A stretch of DNA of 64,000 nt, from NCBI GenBank assembly GCA_037379345.1, contig CM074511.1, forward strand, positions 4,340,001-4,404,000, given 5' to 3'. This document shows positions 9,434 to 20,392 of the stretch, in pieces. The position numbers and the translations under genes are program-made. A model generated the notes under the pieces. The model was not told where the DNA came from. It did no database searches and saw only the letters and a list, made by a program, of their open reading frames with translations. Within the stretch, counting starts at the first letter, position 1. Each line of letters begins with the position of its first letter. The DNA is from Perna viridis (taxonomy: Eukaryota).

Positions 9434-12400
9434 AATCTTAAGTGTTTAGACTGGAATATAAATGGTGGTTTTGAAAATAAAATAAAAGATATCAGATTTA
9501 AAAATTTCTTAAGCACTTATGATATTGTATTTCTCTCTGAGTGTTGGATTAATGATACTTGTGATGTAGAAGTTAATGGGTATAAATGTAAATCAATCCC
9601 ATTAGCCAGAAAAAAGTATAAACAAGGATGTGGTTTATTTGTTATGATTAGAAATTCACTTGACAAATTTGTTACTATACTTGATATTTTTTATGAAACT
9701 ATAGTATGGTTAAAAGTATCCAAGGAACTCACAGGCAATGAACATGACTATTTGTTATCTTGTGTGTATGTCCCACCACAGAGATCTTCATTCTATAAGG
9801 TACACGATATAGATTTGTTTTATGAACTAGAGGCCCAGGTTGCAAGATACTCTGATGTTAGCCCAAACATTTTTATTATAGGTGATTGTAATTCTAGAAC
9901 TGGTAATTTATGTGATTTTGTTTGTAATGATGTAGTACATGATAATGTTTTAGATAGAATATGTGAATGTTTTACTTACGTTGCTGACGAGACTCTGCCT
10001 GACAGGAGTAATCCTGATTCTGCGACCAATGACTACGGTATACAGCTTATAAACTTATGTAAGAGCAGTGGTTTACGAATCTTGAACGGTCGTCATGCCG
10101 ATGGTATGGCAAATGACATTACGTACAGTCCTTGAGGTATGAGTGTGATTGACTATGTGCTATCAAAACCGAGTAACTTCAAGTTTGTATCACAATTTAT
10201 AACTAGTAACTTCCCAACATTTAGTGATCACGCACCTTTACATATTCAATTAGAAATAAACTTTTGTACAGAAAGTGTTAATAACGAACATAGTAATAAC
10301 CCAGGGAATGAAGCTGTGATTTTCAAATGGAATGATGATTTTAAGGACCCGTGCTTTAATGCACTGTTAGTTAATTCTGATATATTGAATGCAACAATTA
10401 ATCATTTTGAATTTGCTTCCCAGGAACAAATGGACTAGCCCCGTGCAGGTCCGGGTGTTAAAAGAATAGGCCTGCAGCAGCGCCAAGCTTGTCGTATAAG
10501 GCGACTAAATAGTGCTCAGAAACCTAGCCGGGGGCTAGGCGCTCTGCCCACAGAGCAACTGGGATGTGTGCCCCAGGTGGTGGAATGGGGTACCCCTGGC
10601 GTGTTACATGCTGGGGTTGTCAGGCTATAATACGGAAAACCTGACCGCAAACCATAGTGGTGCACCGTGTTGGGAAAGTTGCCACGTTCCTCGTACGTTA
10701 AAGAACCCTGCTGTGGTATTCGATAGGAGTAGAAACCTTTGCGCTCCGCCACAGGAGGCTAAATTGCCCGACCTTGCCCTTCCCCCCTTTTTCCAGTGGC
10801 AATCAAAATTTGTCGACCCTATTGTTCTTGTGTCCCATCCTTTTTTTTTCATTTCATGTTCATTTTATCATCCATTTCATGTTCATCGTCTGAATATAGC
10901 TGAAGTATTGCTGCTCGGACGTTAAATCCCAACAAACAAACAAACAAACAAACAAATGGACTATAGTATAAATCATTGTTCAGAGACCTTTGTAAATGTT
11001 ATGTCTCCATTCTTCAGACAAAACAAAAGACAGAATCGTAAACCTGACACAATCCATGAAGATAAACCGTGGTTCGATCGAAGGTGTAAAGAACTTTATT
11101 CAAGCTATCATTCAGCGCTGTTTATATTTAACAGAGGCAAAATCTCAATCATAACGCTTTAAACAATGCTAAAAAAGAATACAACTTCTATGAACGTAAA
11201 TGTAACCGTCTTTATAAGCGACAGCAAGGTGATATGCTCAATAAACTTAGGATTAATAATTCAAAGCTGTTTTATGCAAAATTTAGGAAAAAAAATACTA
11301 GGAACTGTGATTTGAATGCAACTGATTTTTTTGAATATTTCAAAAATCTAGTTTCTGATGTATCAGACGGTGATGTTGATCTGGAGATGCCCGACAATGA
11401 ATGTATTTTTGAAGTCTTGGACTCGCATATTTCTTCTGATGAGATCATCGGCGCCATTAGTCAGTTGAAACGTGAGAAAAGTCATGGCCCTGATTGTTTC
11501 TTAAACGAATTTTTCATCGAATACAAGAACATTATGTTACCATATTTACGCACAATTTTTAACGCAGTGCTTGATTCTGGTTATTTTCCGGCATCATGGA
11601 CTGATGCTATTCTTGTTCCTGTTTTTAAATCTGGTGATGTCAACGATCCAGGAAACTATCGTGGTATAAGTCTTGTCAGTAACCTAGGTAAATTGTTTAC
11701 TACAATATTGAATCTTAGAATCTAAAATGGGCATCGAGTAACGATATGTTAACTGATGCACAATTTGGTTTTCGTAGTGGTTATAGTACTGCAGATGCAA
11801 TATTTTGTGTATATTCTGCTATAGAAAATGTATTGTGCAAAGGAAATAGATTATATTGTTGTTTTGTAGATTATAAGAAGGCGTTCGATTCAATAGATCG
11901 CATGTGTTTATGGTATAAAGTTGCTAAATTGGGAATTAGAGGAAAATTACTTACAGTTCTGAAATCCATGTATAACAATGTTAGAACATGTATTCGCTAT
12001 AATGGGTTTAATTCTGATTTTTTCACCAATAGTTTATTTTCATTTTATGTTAATGATTTTGAGCTCGAGTTTATCTTAGAAGGTATTACACCACTAGAAT
12101 TTCAAAATATTACACTTTTCTTATTAATGTATGCTGATGATATGATTTTAATGTCTGAATCAATTAATGGGTTGCAAAATATGCTTAACACTTTGTCGAA
12201 CTATACAGAAAAATGGGGTCTTATTGTTAACATAAGGAAAACTAAGATAGTTATATTTCGTAGAGGTGGAGCTGTTAGAGCTCAAGAGGAATGGTTTTAT
12301 AATGGTAATAGATTGGATATTGTAGACAAATTCTGTTATTTGGGTGTATTGTTGCGTTACAATTGTAAATTTCTTATAACACAAAGGCATTGTGCTGAAC

Positions 12401-13317
12401 AGGGTAGAAAAGCCAGGTTTGGCTTACGGAAAACTACATCATCTTTATTTTTGAATGTTTTTACTATGCTGAATCTATTTGACACTTACGTAGTTAGTGC
12501 ATTATTGTATGGTTGTGAAATATGGGGTGCACATAAAGCCCCAATGGTTGAAAAAGTACATTTAGATTATTGTAAGATGATACTTGGAGTGAAAAGGACA
12601 ACATGTAACGTCATGATTTATTATGAACTTGGAAGATATCCTTTACAATATGAAAGTTATTTTAGAATGATAAAATTGTGGTATAAAATTTTGAAAAGTG
12701 ATAACTGTATTTTGCAGTCTTGCTACAAAGAATTGGTAGATATTTGTGCCAATCATAACAACTGGGCACGATGTATTAAGCAAATATTATATCGTATAGG
12801 TTTATATTACCTGTGGGGCAATCAATTTGATATTACTTTAGATAAGTTTTGTGTATATGTTATCAAAAAACGTTTGTTTGTTCATGCTCAACAAGATCTT
12901 TACTCTGTATTAGATGCTACTTCAAAAGGTAGAATTTATAAATACGTAGTTTCTAATGCTGAACTTCAATTTTATTTGAAAAAATGTGTTATCCCTGTTG
13001 TTTATCGTAAATATATCACTAAAATCAGATTGTCTGCGCACATTCTGTTTATTGAAACAGGGCGGTATTATAATACTAGTAGAGATACTAGACTTTGTAA
13101 TATGTGTCAAATGAATGTAATTGAGGACGAGTTTCACTTCATTTTACAATGTAACTGTTATATTGATTTACGTAAAAGATTTATAAAAAAGTATTATTGG
13201 TCTAGGCCTTCCGCCTTTAAACTTGTTCAACTACTAGCTGTTGAAAACACAAAAGAGTTATGCAACTTAGGCAAATATTTATGTCATGCATTTACAATAA
13301 GAAACGCATCTATATAA
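9434..13317 (+). pseudogene. LINE ORF2 (APE endonuclease + reverse transcriptase), interrupted by a SINE, stops and frameshifts
   Basis: WNING, LSECW, VYVPP, IGDCNSRTG, SVIDY, SDHAP; PGNYRGISL, QFGFR, FVDYKKAFDS, LMYADD, YLGV; RLSAH..IETGRY..C..C..EDEFHF..C. The QGxxLSP motif is deleted (FFTNSLFSFYVND). Confidence 0.92.
10438..10950 (+). mobile_element. SINE-like element, copy A (structured non-tRNA head, (AAAC)n tail)
   Basis: Perfect 13-bp TSD AACAAATGGACTA at 10425-10437 and 10951-10963; interrupts LINE ORF2; closely similar to copies B-D. Confidence 0.93.
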
Positions 13318-14550
13318 TATTGTAACAATAATTTCTGACGTCTATATGTCATTATATATTTTTTGTTCACCTTATACTGATAAACTGTAAAGTTTAAAGT
13401 TAATTAAGAATTGAATTGAATGTAAAACCATTAATTTTATTTTTTTCATGCTCGTTATCAAGCACTTCAATTATAATTTAATGTTATTTAATTAATGTAA
13501 TTGTAATTTTGTAATTTGTATTTAAGGTAATTAAAATTAAGTATGATATTTGTTGAATTATATTATATTGCTCTGCGTTCGAAAAGTAGTCTTGTACCAA
13601 TTAGAGAATCTCAACATATTGATGGCAACAAATATTTTTCTAGAAGCTGAATACGTAACTGTTCAGCCATACACTTCAGAATCATACAAAATACTACATA
13701 GATCAAAAAGATGGATATTAATTTTGATAATACTTAAATTTCCATATTATACAACTTTTTTCTATGGCGCAATATTTGTGATACTCAGATCATGATACTA
13801 GTTAACTTAGTGGCGGAAAAATGGGATGGTCCTAAACGAACGTCAATTAGCCAGAAATTTTATGACTTTTTTCATCCCCGAATCATACTCCAACAGTGTT
13901 AGAGGTTGTCTGGAAAGCTATTTTCTAACTTGGTATGCTGCTTGCATTGTAGGACCCGAGTAGAGTTTCAACTAATAGTGTGCAGGGCCGGATTCAGACA
14001 CTTTGAGAACTTAGGAAAAAAATTCCTATACAAGGGGGTGCTAACCTCCTGCACCCCTCTGGATCCGCCACTGGTGTGCTTAACATCAACATGCCGTGAG
14101 TGATCTCTATGACTTAATAACGGCAAGTTTTGATTCAAATATAAATCAACACATATAACAAGATAAGAAATGATTTAACGATTTTTCTTACAAATTCTGC
14201 ATCATTCGTGTTTGATAAAGTAAAAATTGATGTAGTCGTTAGTAATTTTTACCACACTAATGCAAAGTAATTCTTTTTTTTTTCTACAAATGTGTGTGTA
14301 TGCTTTCTTTTCATTTTCTCCAAATCGTCTGATCAAAATACTGGGTAGTAATTTCAAGAAGGTACATGTAGGTATATGAGGCCTTCATGTCTTTCTGACC
14401 AAGATCTCTGAGATGTTCTCCATACTATTACTTTTCAGCAGAAATGTGAGATGCATTCTAAAATAGTACTCAATTAAATAGCGTCTACCCATGGCTGTAA
14501 ACTTCCAGAAAAATGGAGTTGAATAACAAACAGCTTTTAATTTATAGTTA

Positions 14551-14676
14551 ATAATTTGATATAACAAGTTTATAATTTGATATAACAAATTAATAATTTG
14601 ATATAAAAAGTTGGTAATTTGATATAACAGATAAATAATTTGATATAATAAATAAATAATTTGATATAACAAATTA
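14551..14676. repeat. 21-bp tandem repeat x6 (ataatttgatataacaaatta), probably internal to a MITE remnant ending ~14714
   Basis: Six units read directly; followed by aaataccatgtccccaatacgcttctgta, which looks like a terminal sequence. Confidence 0.8.
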
Positions 14677-15175
14677 AAAAAAAAGAAATACCATGTCCCC
14701 AATACGCTTCTGTAGGTTGGGGTCCCGGCCAACTACTTTATTTTATTTAAGAATTGGCAATAATTAAAATGTTGTCTATTGAAAAATAACCTACATTTTC
14801 CACGTGCATATTGTTTATTAAACATGAGAAAGGTAGCTCTGAATTGAACTGAAAAGGGCGTGTCAATATTTTTTTATCCATTGAGATATAACAGAATTAT
14901 GTAAACCAATCAGATTACAGTATTTATCTCAAATTAATTTATTTTATTTTAGTCCGGTGTATTGTGGGATCACCCCTGAATTCGCAACAGAATTAACCCC
15001 TGAATACATTATTATATGCAAACTTTTGAATATTCCCACTTCGAAACTTCGAGCAGAACACGTATGTAGCTAAATATAGATTATTGTTTACTTCCTGCAA
15101 ATGTTTCGAAATATAATAAGATTTCAAAAACGCAGTATGTACATACATTCATGAGCATTGTCTGCAAGCTTTATA

Positions 15176-17710
15176 ATGGTAAGCTGTAATTTAAAGTTAC
15201 TGTAAGGTTTTAAAGAAATTCTGAGTGAACATGTTAAATGTATATAGTTTTCATGTTAATATTTGGTGTGCTTATTTGGTTTGTGTCAAGACCAAATAAC
15301 CGGTGTACCTATTCGGTTTGTGTCATGACAATTTATTGTAAATGTGTTGGTGCAGTATGTTTTTACATTGTAAAATGAGCTCTTTTTTTTCAGATACGCC
15401 ATGCACTTTGTATATTGCTTTTTCTTCTTTGTATCTTAGCAGAGACCTCAACCGCAGTCGGTCGTGGTGAGTAGAATTTTGGTTTAAGTGTAAAACAACG
15501 TTAATACCTATTTGATATAAGTCTGCTCCACTCAATAACTGTAATGTACATTTTGGGATAGAGTAGTTTTTGTTTGTCCAGAAAAAAACCACGAAAGATA
15601 AGACTTAGTTTTAACCAACATGATGCACAGTAATTAACTCCCTTAGAAAATACCCTTAGAGGATACACAATATCTTGAAGCTGAAAGTATAGGCAGTACA
15701 TGTATACTATAGATTCTATAGTATCTGAAGTTCAGATGCTAAGTTCGATTTTACGAAAGTAAAAGTACGATGTCATGATTTTTCTCCGACGTGACCTTGT
15801 TTTTCACCGATGCATCCTACTCCAGCAATGTTAGAGGTTGTCTGGCAAGCTATTTTCTGACTTGGTGCCGGGTATGGAGGAACGGAATTCCAACCTCTTA
15901 CATTGTAGGAGTACGATGCATCCTTGGTAATTTTCGATGATAAATGATAATAAAAATTTAAATCAGAGTTCGTCTTCTGGAGTTTAAATTCCCTTATGGA
16001 AATATCTGTAAAAACTGAATTCAGATGAGTGTCAAACGATTGATTGACTTCAGTTAAACGTCTTTTGCAAAGTTTATGTATTGCAGACCCAGAGGGTAAT
16101 ATGAATTTTTATCCATACGTAGTATAGGTAAAAGAAAATAAAAATACCCCAAAAATATTATCAATTCCCAGTATCTCCCAAAATACCACACTTTGAAACG
16201 ACAAAAAAGGTTTAAAATATTCTCGTTAAAATACTAAATCATATTCCATAATTGATAATCTTCAAAGATCATTAATTAACACAGTTTGCAAAATATGAAT
16301 TAAGGTACCCCCTAAATATCATATATATTTTTTTCAATAAATACCAAAAATTAAAAACATTGACCCCTCAAAATTAGTTCCAGTCTAGAACCAGCATTTG
16401 AGTATGTCGCTCAACTCGACACAAGCCAACAAGTTGTGACTATATCTCCATATGACGCGCACTTGGCCGAGAAACAATGTATAGCAATTTTAAAGTCTTT
16501 GCTCAGAATCGACCGGGGATCGAACCTTCATTCTCCTCCCACTGGAGGTGGTTGAATGTCCAGTGATCATATTTCACATTTCAAATGCATGATATTTAAA
16601 CTTTCCGAAAGTATGTTTTAATGCATTTAATGAAATACAGAAATTTTTGTGTGTTTTATTATTTTTTCAAGGGAACCTGAACCGCTAAAATCTTGAGATA
16701 AAGTTTTATTAACGACACTTCGTAGCAAAACAAGGACAAGAAAATATTCATCAGTAAAAATTGTTCCATTCACCCTTTGTTTTGTTTAGTGTACCTTTTT
16801 AAAGATTTGAGTTAAATTATCCTTGGAATAATTCGAGAGAATGCAGTTAGCTAAAAAAATGAATGCAAATATTCAAATCGTCTGCGAAAATTTAAAATCG
16901 TCGGTGAAAACTGTCTTTTGGAGGCCACCATGTATTTAGTGGAAGCTTACGTATACATGTATTTGTATAACCTAATTATTGTAATTAAGAAACAGGAATC
17001 TGCCCATAAGGCTTGAATTGAGGTAGAACAGTCAATTGTAGTTCTCTTTCCAAAAACAAACTGAGGTAGAACAGTCAACTGTAGTTCTCTTTCCAAAAAC
17101 AAACCATGTTATGAAATAAGAGAAGTCCACACGGAGGTGAGGTTTCAGAAAAATTGAAAAAAAGTGTTTTAATTTTGAAAAAAATATCGTGAAATTCGAG
17201 TTAAAATATGTCAGTTGAAAGTAACTGTTCAATGTTTTTACAGATCAGATTCCTGTCGCAGCCTCATCCACGATTACACTGAACGAGTTAACACTAGGTT
17301 TAATATGTATTTCTATAGCAATTGTATTGGTGCTTGTTATATTTTCTTGTGGAGGCTGTGACGACATGGATGGTGATGTCGGAACAGAAAACCACCCGGC
17401 ATGCGGCAAACAAAGCAGTAGTTTTAGTCCCATTGTTGCCGACGCTAACACGTCAGTTTTAATGTCTTCCCATACAATGGGCGATAACTTTAACTCTTCC
17501 ATGATCCCTCCACAAAATTTACCTTATTCTTTGCATCCGGGGTCTGCTCAAGGCTTTACTGGATATCAGACTGGTTACCAGACAAATGAAGCATCAGCAC
17601 CACAAGCTCAAGCACCATTGTTGGGGAATCAAAGACCAGTCGTTGAGCCACCCCCGCCTTCCTACGAACAAGTGCGGAGACAGGATAGCCATCCAAATTA
17701 TGGATTTTGA
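15176..17710 (+). CDS. 3-exon gene for a ~180-aa type I single-pass membrane protein with PPxY motif; exons 15176-15178, 15394-15466, 17244-17710
   Basis: ATG|gtaagc, ttttcag|ATA...G|gtgagt, tttacag|AT; phases match. Product MIRHALCILLFLLCILAETSTA (signal) VGRDQIP...LTLGLICISIAIVLVLVIFSC (TM)...PPPPSYEQV...NYGF*. Confidence 0.72.
16385..16548 (-). mobile_element. Degenerate tRNA-derived SINE fragment
   Basis: Minus-strand GGTTCGATCCCC B-box (ggggatcgaacc on plus) followed by a degenerate SINE-like core. Confidence 0.45.
17020..17104. repeat. 43-bp tandem duplication in intron
   Basis: gaggtagaacagtcaa(t/c)tgtagttctctttccaaaaacaaac occurs twice head to tail. Confidence 0.85.
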
Positions 17711-19893
17711 GAGTGAAATGTGCATTAAATTTATTATATATACTTTAAGTACTATTCTGTGTAAGAATCGGGCAATAGATAGCATACCATTATTCTCAAT
17801 TTGTTGTTTTTTAATTAAAAAATATTCAATACATTTAGAAAACAACTGAAAACCTATTTAAATTTATCATGAAGCATCTGTGACTAAGATATTTTTGACT
17901 GCTTATATAGGGAAAAAGTGCGGGAAAATTTTCCCACCATTTTCAATAGTGCATTTCAACTCATTTTGGCCTATCATTACCTTACAAACACTTTGATGGT
18001 TATTTCTTGAGGTTATAAGATATTAATACTTATAGTTGGATAATGCAATAAATTTTCTGCGTTTTTATCTTCATGTGCCACAACTTATACACAATTTGCC
18101 TGAATCTTAAACAGAGAAGTACTTAATTGTCCGATGTGATACTGTTGATATGTGTCTTAGATTTGTTCTTAAATTCTTAATTTCTTATTATAAAAAAGTC
18201 ATATCAGTTAAAAAGTATTGGGCATTTCCATGGTTACCAAAGACGGAGTGATCAATAGACCTTGTATATGTTTTGTACTAAATGTTTCTGTCGCTGTAAT
18301 TAGAAGGAATTTTGTTCGTATTCCTTTGTATATGTTCATCTACTGGTCCCTATACATGTAGTAGGGATAATTTTATGTTTATGTTGTGTTTTTTTTATTT
18401 GGTTGTCAATCCTTTTATATATGTTATGTATATTATTATTTAATCCTTTATTTAGTTTATATTTGCCAGTATTTTTACTATTATATAAAATAAAACTTTT
18501 AACATAAATTAACAGTTTTCCTCAAAGAGACAGATATTAAATCAATTTGAAACCGACACAATTAATATCTGCTTGTAATAAATAAACATGTTGAAAGTGA
18601 ATAAACAGTTGTAAAAGGAGGACTACTATCTCAGTGAAAGAAATAAAACGTGTTCTATAAATTCCTTATGCTTGAGCAGAGACATAATTATGTGTATTAT
18701 ATGTCTCTGGCTCGAGCGGGCGGTGTGTTACCACAGATCATTTATATAAATCATTCGATATTAAGGGTAACCACATAACTAAATGCAATTAAGCGACCGG
18801 AAAATCGTACCCAGCTTTTATAGAAACATCTGTTAACGCCCCCTCTCCAGTTAATCTGTATATGGGGGAAATCTGATGCTCTTATTGCCATTATATATTC
18901 TATTGTATTAGAGCCCAAATAGGTCAAGCGTACTGTCCAATGTAATTCAGTATTGAACTAAATATGTTTAGAGTATTTCAGTAATGACAATGCTCTATCA
19001 GTCGAAAACATCTGCATAGACAGTGCGGTAGCTGTGAAATTTGAGAAGTGATAAAACCATACTCCAAATTTTTAATATAAAAAGAGAACAAACGAAAGTA
19101 ATCGCGTTTGTGGCAAATCTTTGTCGTTTTTATCAATTGGTGTAATGGATCTGCATGGTATCCTTTTTCCAAAGTTTTTTTTTTTAATAAATTTTAATAA
19201 ATGCAATGCAGATAAAAAATACTGCATGAATCGATAATTGTTTAAGATAATACGGTGCATGGTAGATTAACTAAGAAATGATGTCAATTTTCACTTGCTT
19301 AAGTATGTTAGTTGCACAGTAAAGAAGACCTTATGAAAGTGAAGAAACAAGTTGGCGATCAGGGGGCACAGTTTTTATTTCATTGGAATGCACATACTTC
19401 GTTGGTACAATGTCCACTACGTATGACTAGTTTGTTGTCGATATTAGAAATATTCTCTTTGTTTTTTTTCACCGGCAAAACAGTTTGAAAACGACGATGT
19501 CTTCCATCGAAATGAGTTTCTACAAGTAACAATTTAAACCACTTTGTTCTATTTCTCTTCTAGAAACAGTTATTGACAGTTCTTATAGTTCTAATTTATC
19601 TTTAGTTGAGGAATCTAGCCTAAAATGGTTTACAGGGGTAATACGAAGATTATACCAAATCAAGAAGTTATGATATTTAACCCATCTGTATATCTTTTTA
19701 ATATCAACATTGAACGCTTTTAACTCCATAAAAATCAATTTACATAAGGACCCGTTTTAACTGCAAGCACTGACAGCATCGGAGAAAACGAATTCGATAA
19801 ATATATCAGATCCGATTATAAAATATAGTAATTGAAAAACATTCTAGGTACAGCATATAAATGTAGCAGTAAAAAGTTAATTCATATCACTGA

Positions 19894-20392
19894 TTGATTG
19901 ATTGATTGATTGATTGTTGAGGTTTAACGCCCGAGCAGCAATATTTCAGCTATATCCAGGTGATGAACATGAAATGATGATGATGAAAAATGGGATGGGA
20001 CACGAGGATAATGGGTCGAGAAATTTTGATTGCCACTAGAAATAGGGAGGGATGGGTAGGGTCGGGCAATTTAGCCTCCTGTGTAAGAGCGCAAAGGTCC
20101 CTACTATCGAATATCAAAGTAGGGTTCTTTAACGTACAAGGAACGTGGCATCTTTCCCAACACTGTGCACCACTATGGTATGCGGTCAGGTTTTCCGTAT
20201 TATAGCCTGACGACCACAGCATGTAACACGCCAGGGGTACCCTATTCCACCACCTGGAGCACACAATCCAGTTGCTCTGTGGGCAGAGCGCCTAGCCCCC
20301 GGCCAGGGTTCTGAGCACTATTTAGTCGCCTTTTACGACAAGCTTAGCGCTGCTGCAGGTCTATTCTTTTTATAACCGGACACGTACGAAGC
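19894..20392 (-). mobile_element. SINE-like element, copy B
   Basis: Reverse-complement match to copy A; (AATC)n tail; imperfect TSD catat(c/t)actga at 19883-19893 and 20397-20407. Confidence 0.9.

Larger units (their letters stand above)
8717..13421 (+). mobile_element. Degenerate non-LTR retrotransposon (LINE, APE-type; RTE-X/L2-CR1-like), 5'-truncated
   Basis: ORF1 remnant, APE endonuclease, RT, C-terminal CCHC-type motif, 3' tail ...aagaattgaattgaa; abrupt drop in GC at ~8717. Confidence 0.92.

Noticed and set aside
10438-10520. Assignment of the SINE head to HDV-like, hammerhead, twister or pistol ribozymes
   Set aside because: GTCG-N7-CGAC-TAAATAG superficially recalls pistol P1, but no downstream pseudoknot partner for that loop is present; no CTGANGA/GAAA core or HDV nested double pseudoknot could be built.
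10516-10925. ORFs inside SINE copies (also 19950-20264, 39401-39586, 51564-51911) and in Penelope 3'-UTRs
   Set aside because: Frames are not preserved between copies; non-coding repeats.
13860-15870. Shared ~70-bp segment at ~13885-13935 and ~15815-15865; similar paired segments at ~31355 and ~31590
   Set aside because: Short degenerate repeat fragments with no further structure.
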